The position numbers were made by a program, and so were the translations under genes. DNA of 64,000 bases, taken from the NCBI GenBank assembly GCA_030265395.1, contig JARFYF010000001.1, positions 98,920,984 through 98,984,983 on the forward strand, given 5' to 3'. Within the stretch, counting starts at the first letter, position 1. Every line of letters begins with the position of its first letter. Positions 59,001 to 64,000 of the stretch are shown here, one piece after another. The stretch comes from Rhina ancylostomus. Taxonomy: Eukaryota. Below the pieces are notes generated by a model. That model saw nothing but the letters and a program-made list of their open reading frames with translations. It was not told where the DNA came from and searched no databases.

Positions 59001-60213
59001 TCATATTATTGAAGTGTAGAAAATGTTATTAAAATGGAGGGTGGCACTTTACAGGCTTTTTAAGCCTAAAGGAATTTAATACCTATGAAATTTATTGTTG
59101 ATTTCTATGTATGCTTTATGAAAGACAATAGTTCTCTCAATACATATTGTTGGATGGAGACCACTGATAAATTGTGTTTGCTAACACTCCTGTGGGGCCC
59201 CTTAGATTACTTCGGTATATTGAAGGTGCAACATAAATAAAAGTCATTAAGCCACCTGATTCAAAGCAGCTTTGATGCATTGCAATTGGGAATAGATGAT
59301 GGGATGTGTTACTGGTGAGACCAGAAGGTTAAAATAATATGTTTTTAAAACTGCTGTTTACTGCAATGTTCGTCCTATGAAGTTGAAATCAAATTAAGTG
59401 AAATTATGTTTAAACTTGACAAAATGTAAATTTGTATTTTATACTAATATTTTTTCTATTTAATGGAAAGCAATACCATAGCAAGACTTTGCAGTGAAAT
59501 TTGCATATATTTAAGTGCTTCAGATGACGCTTTTGGATTTGTTGTATTTGACCTGACAAGTGGCAGATTATCAAGCTTTTCTCATTTTTTACTGTAAATA
59601 TAAAAATGAAGTTGGGAAAATAATTGTATAAGACAATGCAGTGGTGCTAATCTTTTTCAAAGTTGCGTAAGTATTGTTAAAGTTTAATATGTGATTATTA
59701 TAAAAGTAAAATGTTGCAGATGCTGGAAATCTGAAACAATAGCACAAAGTCCTCGAAATACTCAGCATCTGTGGTGGGGAAAGGAGTGCAGTACACCCAC
59801 CAAGAGTCATTATAATAATATAAACATCATGCNNNNNNNNNNNNNNNNNNNNNNNNNNNNNNNNNNNNNNNNNNNNNNNNNNNNNNNNNNNNNNNNNNNN
59901 NNNNNNNNNNNNNNNNNNNNNNNNNNNNNNNNAACATCATGCTGCATTGCTCTATGATTGCATGATTCACTCAGTATAATTCCTTTCTCATCTGCAGCAG
60001 ATACTTCTGCCACCAGTCCCCAAGTCCATACAAGAGCCTGATCCAGTTCCGGTTCCAGTTCCAATTATTGAGAATGTCGAAGATATTGAAGAGTCTGTTC
60101 CTGAAAATAACGTTGAAGAGACTCCAGTGGAGGAACATAGACAAATGCCCGAACATCCTGGCAGGGACAGCGATAGTGAGGGGAGTGAAGATGAAGAAGA
60201 AAAAGAAAGCTAA
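4053..60213 (+). CDS. AQR: Aquarius intron-binding spliceosomal RNA helicase (IBP160); full multi-exon gene, 35 coding exons, about 1450 aa
   Basis: The spliced translation follows vertebrate AQR throughout: N-terminus [11 protein letters not shown], Walker A GPPGTGKT, motif [35 protein letters not shown]. All 34 introns are GT..AG with compatible phases; exon lengths sum to 4353 nt including the stop. Confidence 0.98.
5249..5305 (+). CDS. AQR: AQR coding exon 2
   Basis: ttttcag| [19 protein letters not shown] |gtatat. Confidence 0.93.
5481..5920. mobile_element. Degenerate non-autonomous Tc1/pogo (Tigger-like) DNA element
   Basis: TA|CAGTGAAACTCCAATAATCTGGCA left end and a decayed ...GTTTTACT right end; related copy at about 29270-29516. 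Confidence 0.45.
6121..6161 (+). CDS. AQR: AQR coding exon 3
   Basis: aaag| [13 protein letters not shown](K) |gtaagt. Confidence 0.92.
7658..7693 (+). CDS. AQR: AQR coding exon 4
   Basis: ttttcag| [11 protein letters not shown](S) |gtaatt. Confidence 0.93.
7818..7938 (+). CDS. AQR: AQR coding exon 5
   Basis: cag| [11 protein letters not shown]...[14 protein letters not shown] |gtaaga. Confidence 0.95.
8679..8816 (+). CDS. AQR: AQR coding exon 6
   Basis: tttag| [14 protein letters not shown]...[10 protein letters not shown] |gtaagt. Confidence 0.94.
10419..10487 (+). CDS. AQR: AQR coding exon 7
   Basis: aacag| [23 protein letters not shown] |gtaagt. Confidence 0.94.
10724..10824 (+). CDS. 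AQR: AQR coding exon 8
   Basis: actag| [33 protein letters not shown](Q) |gtatgt. Confidence 0.93.
11078..11154 (+). CDS. AQR: AQR coding exon 9
   Basis: aaaag| [25 protein letters not shown] |gtaatt. Confidence 0.91.
13191..13255 (+). CDS. AQR: AQR coding exon 10
   Basis: cgtag| [21 protein letters not shown] |gtaagc. Confidence 0.93.
13350..13690 (-). mobile_element. Rex1/Babar-type LINE 3' end fragment
   Basis: [22 protein letters not shown]-type C-terminus and a 3' tail with AATAAA plus short repeats on the minus strand. Confidence 0.65.
13940..14313 (+). mobile_element. CR1-clade LINE 3' end
   Basis: [30 protein letters not shown] motif series and tail gggccgaatggcctaattctgct. Confidence 0.85.
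14787..15020 (+). mobile_element. tRNA-derived V-SINE (HE1-like), nested in a CR1 3' tail
   Basis: A box TAGCATAGTGG, B box GGTTCAATTCC, V-domain tgcgtgggtttcctctgggtgctctggtttccttccacattccaaaga; CR1 tail halves on either side (about 14710-14786 and 15021-15108). Confidence 0.85.
15209..15640 (-). mobile_element. Rex1/Babar-type LINE RT C-terminal fragment
   Basis: Decayed [44 protein letters not shown] motifs on the minus strand. Confidence 0.65.
15685..16000 (+). mobile_element. Old SINE copy; related copies at about 16755-17000 and 17225-17360
   Basis: B-box-like gttcaaatc; shared core actggattgt..aaaaatcc..tgtcctc..ctggcctttgt..gatccact.gtgtggttg in the first two copies, more decayed in the third. 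Confidence 0.6.
16299..16415 (+). CDS. AQR: AQR coding exon 11
   Basis: taaag| [18 protein letters not shown]...RLFSQ |gtgagt. Confidence 0.95.
18977..19238 (-). repeat. Gypsy 3' LTR (262 bp)
   Basis: Starts TGTTG after GCTT and ends CA just before the pyrimidine run 19239-19252 (PPT on the minus strand); the last 91 nt align without gaps to 21945-22035. Confidence 0.88.
19253..21786 (-). pseudogene. Gypsy pol pseudogene (PR-RT-RH-IN)
   Basis: Motifs are spread over several frames (ORFs 21454-22071, 21066-21644, 20778-21032, 19989-20759, 19387-20058, 19130-19807); the RT YxDD region is absent. Confidence 0.9.
21945..22035 (-). repeat. Gypsy 5' LTR (visible part; remainder in N gap)
   Basis: 68/91 identity by hand count to 19148-19238; ends CTACA then GCTT. 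Confidence 0.85.
22415..22528 (+). CDS. AQR: AQR coding exon 12
   Basis: tgtag| [38 protein letters not shown] |gtatga. Confidence 0.96.
22830..23100 (-). mobile_element. Degenerate V-SINE-like copy
   Basis: gtggaaggaaaccagaaaacccgagg...cccacgtggtcatggaaggatgtgcaaactc is the reverse complement of a V-domain. Confidence 0.6.
23562..23782 (-). mobile_element. CR1 3' tail fragment
   Basis: gaacatagaacagcacagtacaggaacaagcccttcggcccac tail; similar tails at about 30797-30940, 31130-31620 and 36705-36800. Confidence 0.65.
23838..23941 (+). CDS. AQR: AQR coding exon 13
   Basis: tgcag| [34 protein letters not shown](S) |gtaggt. Confidence 0.95.
24190..24830 (+). mobile_element. Penelope-like element fragment (RT C-terminus and GIY-YIG endonuclease)
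   Basis: Decayed [48 protein letters not shown] and PPVASHF motifs typical of PLE ORFs. Confidence 0.7.
25054..25156 (+). CDS. AQR: AQR coding exon 14
   Basis: tacag| [18 protein letters not shown]...DFLLEML |gtcagt. Confidence 0.93.
25253..25373 (+). CDS. AQR: AQR coding exon 15
   Basis: atcag| [40 protein letters not shown] |gtatga. Confidence 0.95.
25572..25713 (+). CDS. AQR: AQR coding exon 16
   Basis: gtcag| [36 protein letters not shown]...KP(W) |gtgggt. Confidence 0.95.
25975..26415 (+). repeat. Degenerate ~35-bp minisatellite
   Basis: Recurring unit approximately ctactccacaatggNNgggagttacactgcNcagt; clearest units at 26271-26305 and 26340-26374. Confidence 0.6.
26916..27094 (+). 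CDS. AQR: AQR coding exon 17
   Basis: tgcag| [18 protein letters not shown]...[11 protein letters not shown]...EEWE |gtaact. Confidence 0.96.
27502..27669 (+). CDS. AQR: AQR coding exon 18
   Basis: tgcag| [14 protein letters not shown]...[20 protein letters not shown] |gtacag. Confidence 0.96.
27770..28150 (+). mobile_element. Deu-domain SINE (SacSINE1/AmnSINE-like), degenerate
   Basis: B box gagttcaaacc, then gtgttggaggtgctgtcttt...taaaagatcccatggcactat core; further copies at about 150-345, 42830-43097, 46870-47190 (-) and 54490-54730 (-). Confidence 0.65.
28261..28430 (+). CDS. AQR: AQR coding exon 19
   Basis: cacag| [27 protein letters not shown]...[10 protein letters not shown] |gtgagt. 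Confidence 0.96.
29980..31885 (+). mobile_element. Old L2-like LINE 3' region, interrupted by younger CR1 tails
   Basis: Decayed AYLHLCNIA...LDF...[13 protein letters not shown]...LKFL at 30130-30420 and an L2-type 3' tail at 31650-31885; a similar fragment lies at about 49440-50200. Confidence 0.5.
32473..32714 (+). CDS. AQR: AQR coding exon 20
   Basis: tccag| [30 protein letters not shown]...KPPF(R) |gtaaaa. Confidence 0.96.
32939..33082 (+). CDS. AQR: AQR coding exon 21
   Basis: ttcag| ITFSEQ...[18 protein letters not shown](R) |gtaaag. Confidence 0.94.
33112..34770 (-). mobile_element. 5'-truncated Rex1/Babar LINE
   Basis: [83 protein letters not shown]; 3' tail with AATAAA at the left end. 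Confidence 0.92.
35345..37560 (-). mobile_element. Highly decayed CR1/L2-type LINE
   Basis: 3' tail (gccaacatgtattgcc...aattgcccttgag...ggtgagc) at the left end, then patchy RT-like sequence (e.g. [18 protein letters not shown]). Confidence 0.5.
37592..38775 (+). mobile_element. Tc1-like DNA transposon, IR/DR type, internally deleted
   Basis: TA target duplication (37590-91 and 38776-77); CAGTGGCATG...CATGCCACTG ends; ~210-bp TIRs (37592-37803, 38562-38775), each with two GCAAAAGTTTGGGCACCC-like direct repeats. Confidence 0.95.
37970..38554 (+). pseudogene. Truncated Tc1 transposase
   Basis: MGSSKQL...GFKKIAK..VAVSSV..VIKKW (paired-like HTH), [20 protein letters not shown] (first catalytic D); after the gap EQRYV joins directly to the terminal T.Y*, so the second D and the E are missing. 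Confidence 0.88.
39940..40009 (+). CDS. AQR: AQR coding exon 22 (Q-motif region)
   Basis: tgcag| [23 protein letters not shown] |gtatca. Confidence 0.95.
40122..40232 (+). CDS. AQR: AQR coding exon 23 (Walker A, motif Ia)
   Basis: ttcag| [37 protein letters not shown] |gtacct. Confidence 0.97.
40977..41006. repeat. (TA)n(CA)n microsatellite
   Basis: tatatatatata followed by an (ac)n run. Confidence 0.9.
43350..43459 (+). CDS. AQR: AQR coding exon 24
   Basis: tacag| [36 protein letters not shown](R) |gtgaga. Confidence 0.96.
46095..46875 (+). mobile_element. CR1-clade LINE 3' fragment
   Basis: [42 protein letters not shown] motifs and a CR1 tail. Confidence 0.8.
47462..47597 (+). CDS. AQR: AQR coding exon 25
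   Basis: aatag| [15 protein letters not shown]...[13 protein letters not shown] |gtaaga. Confidence 0.95.
48075..48284 (+). CDS. AQR: AQR coding exon 26
   Basis: ttcag| VMSRWEEYL...[13 protein letters not shown]...IFTQLE |gtaggc. Confidence 0.96.
49123..49370 (+). mobile_element. V-SINE (HE1-like)
   Basis: gggcggcaaggtagcatagcagttagc (A box), ggttcagttccc (B box), V-domain; same family as the copy at 14787. Confidence 0.87.
51185..51322 (+). CDS. AQR: AQR coding exon 27
   Basis: ttcag| [37 protein letters not shown]...GFK |gtaaag. Confidence 0.96.
53558..53629 (+). CDS. AQR: AQR coding exon 28 (motif II, EEAAQ)
   Basis: gacag| [24 protein letters not shown] |gtaatg. Confidence 0.96.
53890..54025 (+). 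mobile_element. CR1 RT fragment
   Basis: [23 protein letters not shown] (FADD motif). Confidence 0.75.
54256..54443 (+). CDS. AQR: AQR coding exon 29 (motif III)
   Basis: cacag| [24 protein letters not shown]...SLFTRF...QGRARA(S) |gtaaga. Confidence 0.97.
54897..55068 (+). CDS. AQR: AQR coding exon 30
   Basis: ttaag| [18 protein letters not shown]...[10 protein letters not shown] |gtaaat. Confidence 0.95.
55280..55450 (+). CDS. AQR: AQR coding exon 31
   Basis: cacag| [35 protein letters not shown]...GRPSK |gtaaga. Confidence 0.96.
56158..56243 (+). CDS. AQR: AQR coding exon 32 (motif V)
   Basis: tctag| [28 protein letters not shown](R) |gtatgg. Confidence 0.96.
57899..58057 (-). mobile_element. 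V-SINE (HE1-like), 5' half
   Basis: Reverse complement shows A box, B box GGTTCGATTCC and an intact V-domain; the rest lies in an N gap. Confidence 0.87.
58424..58598 (+). CDS. AQR: AQR coding exon 33 (motif VI)
   Basis: ttcag| [35 protein letters not shown]...PTERR |gtatct. Confidence 0.96.
58700..58813 (+). CDS. AQR: AQR coding exon 34
   Basis: tttag| [38 protein letters not shown] |gtaagc. Confidence 0.94.
59998..60213 (+). CDS. AQR: AQR terminal coding exon 35 (low-complexity acidic tail)
   Basis: Pyrimidine tract plus CAG|CAG acceptor; phase-0 open frame (Q)[21 protein letters not shown]...[15 protein letters not shown]; TAA followed by TGA, then AATAAA signals. Confidence 0.85.
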   Translation, partial: QILLPPVPKSIQEPDPVPVPVPIIENVEDIEESVPENNVEETPVEEHRQMPEHPGRDSDSEGSEDEEEKES

Positions 60214-60379
60214 TGATTTTGTTCAAAAAATTTGGACCTCTATCCTGAAGATTCCAGTGCAAGTATCCAGTGTACATGCTTTGAACATCAGTCGCCATTC
60301 ACAAGCATCCTGTTGCAAGCAGTTTTATTTGTAGTCATGTGGGATTTAACAATCTATTTTGTATTCCTAGTTGCATATT

Positions 60380-60446
60380 AATAAATTTTTGTAAAATAAA
60401 ATGTTTTGCTCTAGCTGCGTCCATATTTTTGACCTAAAGTAATAAA
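60380..60446 (+). terminator. AQR polyadenylation signals
   Basis: AATAAA at 60380-60385, 60395-60400 and 60441-60446, about 170-230 nt after the stop, with T/GT-rich sequence downstream. Confidence 0.7.
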
Positions 60447-61942
60447 TTTTATAGAACTCCATACTAAATGTCAGGATTAACATCACGGTAAATTTATGCA
60501 TGAAAATGGCATGAATGAAATCTGGAATGAGTTCAAAGTGCGACTGAAGAATATCTGCTAATACATTTCCAGGTTGTGTTAATCAATCTAATAACTTACC
60601 GTTCCTGTTTGTTGCTCACTGACTTACAGTGCATTCCCAGATATTAAATTTCATTTGTTGTAAGCAAGCAGGTAAATGCAGTACATTTAAATGACGGTCC
60701 AGAAGGGAGTTTTTCACTCTTCCCTTCTGGAGAAGAGAATTATACTGCATTTTTGAAGTCCATTCCATAAAGGTGTTGACACTTGAGTATAAACTTGCCT
60801 TTGCTACATTCCAACTCAAATAATTCTTGATAAAGACAAACAGGATCCTGTTTTGTTTTGTGATCCAGCCAGGCCTGACGTTGAACGAATAAAGGCTCTA
60901 ATCTGAGCTCTAAACTCATGGAGATAAGAGAGCAACCAATAATTTTAATCAACTTTAAAGGCATTTAAACTGGACATGAGGTTGTCATTGCACACACCAG
61001 TAGCTGCATCATGTTGAATTGGCCAGAGACAATTGGAAATTTAATGTGCAATTGTCAGAGCCTTGAGGGGTTGATGAATACATTTTTTTTTCTCACTGGT
61101 GGGCACAAGTCGATGGGGTTGAAGGATAAGGAGAATGTAAGTAAGTGGAAAGCAATAAAAGAATGTCATTAGATGTCGTACCTAGAGGCCATGTGAGAGG
61201 TCTAGGTTCAAAGGGGTACTTGAATATGGATAGATGAGTTGGTGCAGTATTCAAAACAAATGCCATTGTTGCATCAGTAATAATTGGAGCCTGTGCACTG
61301 TTGTCGTAACTGCATTCCAACAGGGCTGAGGCACCAACTTCCTGCAGTTTTGCATCAGATATACTAGGAAGTATGCCCAATGAATCCTGGGGCCAGGTTA
61401 GACCAGGAGATGGGTTCAACTTCTCGACTCATTTTGGATGGAGTAGGAAAGTTTCACTTAATTTACATTTTTGTTTAATTGAATAAGCCAATTTCACAGC
61501 ATTTTGAGTATTTAAACTTAATGCCTTTTAATATGTTTAATTGTTTGAATGTCAGAAACATTGTTTATTTGTCATCTGGTTTCGCTTGTGATGGATGTGG
61601 TTTGATTCTCAACAATTTCTGTGCAATGTACAATCAGAGTGCTTTCGTTGAACAGGGCCTTGCTGTTGGATCAGAGACAGCTTTGAGGAAGTTCCTGCCA
61701 AAACATCCACTCAGGAAGAGTGGGTTTAGCAGCTAGGTAAAACATGAGACCAGTCAAGTCACCACTGCCAGGAAATTAGGGCTAATTCAGTCACCTGCTT
61801 CATTTAAATAACTTTCGGTGTTCGTGGAAGGGAAGTTCTCTCCTGACTTTGCTCAGATGTTGTTGGTTTGGACATTGACTCCAAAGAAGTGAGGCTCCCA
61901 CTTGTTATTGTTTAAGATACAAAGTTTATAATTTTAAAAAAG

Positions 61943-62148
61943 TAAAATATTGCAGATGCTGGAAAAGCACAGCAGTGCAGGCAGCATCTGTGGAGAAAGG
62001 AGCAGAGTTGGTATTTCTGGTTGATGACATTCCATCAGAACTGGGAAAAGTTAGGGATAAAACAAGTTTTAAGAAGCAGAGTAAGGGAGGAGAGAGCAGT
62101 AGAGAAGATCTGTGATGGTGTGAAGGGTAGGAGAGGTTAAATAACAAA
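61943..62148 (-). mobile_element. Penelope-associated terminal repeat fragment
   Basis: aaaatattgcagatgctggaa...gcagcatctgtggaga...catcagaactggg motif; related decayed copies at about 6950-7070, 9240-9340 and 59705-59780. Confidence 0.55.
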
Positions 62149-62149
62149 A

Positions 62150-62598
62150 GTTGCATAAGACATTGGTGAGGCCACACTTGGAGTATTGTGTAGAGTTTTG
62201 GTTGCCCCGTTACATGAAAGATGTTATTAAACCAGAAACAGTGAAGAAAAGAATTACCAGGTTGTTGCCTGGACTTGGGGGCCTGAGTTACAAGGAGAGG
62301 TTGCATAGAATAGGACTTTATCCCCTAGAACGTAGGAGATTGAGGGGTGACCTGAGGGGCATAGGGTGAAAGCACATCATCATCTTCCCAGGGACGGGGT
62401 GCTAAAAACAAGAGGGCATAGGTTCAATGTAAGAGGTGAGAGGTTTAAAAGGGACATCAGGGCAGCAGCTTCATGCGAAGAGTGGTGCATATTTGGAATG
62501 AGCTGCTAGAAATAGTGGTTGAGGAGGGCATATTAGCAACATATAAAAGCCACCTCGATAAGTACATGGATAGGTGAGGCTTAGAGGGCTATGGGCAG
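62150..62598 (+). mobile_element. CR1-clade LINE ORF2 C-terminal fragment
   Basis: KTLVRPHLEYCVEFW, SYKERL.RIGLYPLERRRLRGDL. Confidence 0.88.
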
Positions 62599-64000
62599 GA
62601 GGGCAGAGCGGCAGCAGAAGCTTAAAGAAAGCCATTTTGATTGTCTAATAGAGCTTTTTGGAAAGAAATTTCTTATTGGCTAATTGTGAGACACATCAGC
62701 CAATAAAAGGAAAGCAGGCTCTAGCAGAACAGCCCCTGTGAAAGCGGGCAAGAGTTTGAGTGGTAAGTAAAGAGACTTGGGCTTGCGAGGCTTCAGCAAG
62801 CAGAGGCACACGTAAGGTTCTTTGAATTTCCTATTTAGCCTCACAGCATTCAGAATGGCAATCAAGGCAGTGGTATGCTCCTCCTGCAGGTTGTAGGAGA
62901 TCAGGGAGACCTCCAGTGTCCCTGACTTCACCTGTGGGAAGTGCGTCCAACTGCAGCTCCTGACTGACCACGTGAAGGAGCTGGACGCACTCGGGAATAT
63001 CCGAGATGCTGAGAGTTCCATAGATATAAGTTTTGGCGAGATGGTCACACCCAAGGTACTGGCAGAAAGTAGTTGGGTGACCACCAGGAAAGGAAAAGGG
63101 AGTAGGCAGAGAGTGCTGGATTCCCCTGTCGCCACTCCCCTTGAAAAGAAAGTATCTATTTTGGATACTGTTGGGAGGGGGAAGAGGGTGGGATAACTGT
63201 TCAGGCGAAGCCAGCAGTAGCCAGATCTGTGGCACCAGGACTGGCTCTGAGCCTCAGCAGACAAGGGTGAAGGCACACAAGACTAGTGACGGGGACTCGA
63301 CAGAAGAGGGGGCAGACAGGAGATTCCGTGGCCGCAAAAGGGACTCCAGAATGGTGTGCTGCCTCCCTGTTGCCAGGGTCCAGTATGTTACGGAGCGGAA
63401 ACCGAACATTCTCAAGGGGGAGGGTGAGCAGCCAGAAGTCATTGTGCACGTTGGCACAAATGACATAGGTAGAGAAGTGGATGAGGTCCTGCGGAGTGAA
63501 TATAGGGAGCTGGGGAAGCAGTTAAAAGGCAGGACCTCAAGAGTAGTAATCTCCGGATTACTTCCAGTGCCACATGCCAGTGAGGGTAGGAATAGAAGGA
63601 TATGGCAAATGAATGTGTGGCTGAAAAATCGGTGTAAGGGGCAAGGATTCAGATCTTTGGACCACTGGGATCTATTCTGCAGCAGAGGTGACGTGTACAA
63701 GACGGACCAGTTACACCTGAACTGGAGGGGAACCAATATCCTGACAGGCAGATTTGCTAGTACTACTGGCGGGGGGGGGGTTAAATTAGATTAGCCGGGG
63801 GGNNNNNNNNNNNNNNNNNNNNNNNNNNNNNNNNNNNNNNNNNNNNNNNNNNNNNNNNNNNNNNNNNNNNNNNNNNNNNNNNNNNNNNNNNNNNGGCAGG
63901 GAGCGAGGAAAGCCTATTGGATTAAATTGCATTTATTTCAATGCAAGAGGTCTAACAGGTGAGGCGGATGAACTTAGGCCTTGGATAGCTACATGGGACT
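62599..64000 (+). mobile_element. 5' part of a CR1-clade LINE: UTR, ORF1 (Zn finger and SGNH esterase), start of ORF2
   Basis: ATG 62855 MAIKAVVCSSC..CGKC (in-frame TAG at codon 14), VCCLP.ARV, VIVHVGTNDI, VVISGLLPVP, DQLHLNWRG; after the gap CIYFNARGL..ADELR (APE start). Confidence 0.9.

Noticed and set aside
60450-61940. Possible neighbouring gene downstream of AQR
   Set aside because: Only short ORFs and decayed LINE-like sequence; I could not support any exon.

Overview
Vertebrate genomic DNA, AT-rich with many N gaps. The repeat content (V-SINE/HE1-like and Deu-domain SINEs, CR1, Rex1, Penelope-like elements) suggests a cartilaginous fish; this is an inference. Nearly the whole window is one + strand gene, AQR (Aquarius/IBP160, a spliceosomal SF1/UPF1-like RNA helicase). 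I traced 35 coding exons by hand from ATG 4053 to TAA 60213. All introns are GT-AG with consistent phases, giving an intact 4353-nt CDS (about 1450 aa), followed by AATAAA signals at about 60380-60446. The introns hold a decayed Gypsy LTR retrotransposon (18977-22035, minus strand, GCTT target duplication, recognisable -1 frameshift cassette), an internally deleted IR/DR-type Tc1 transposon (37592-38775), a 5'-truncated Rex1 LINE, CR1/L2/Penelope fragments, SINEs and a degenerate ~35-bp minisatellite. I found no convincing undescribed biological system. The best leads are modest: the Gypsy frameshift element, a stop-free in-frame 96-nt AQR intron, an apparent extra 5'-UTR exon, the Tc1 copy and its possible gene-trap signals, a hammerhead-like relic and one unexplained CpG-rich segment. 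Family assignments come from motif recognition and recalled sequences, not database searches.
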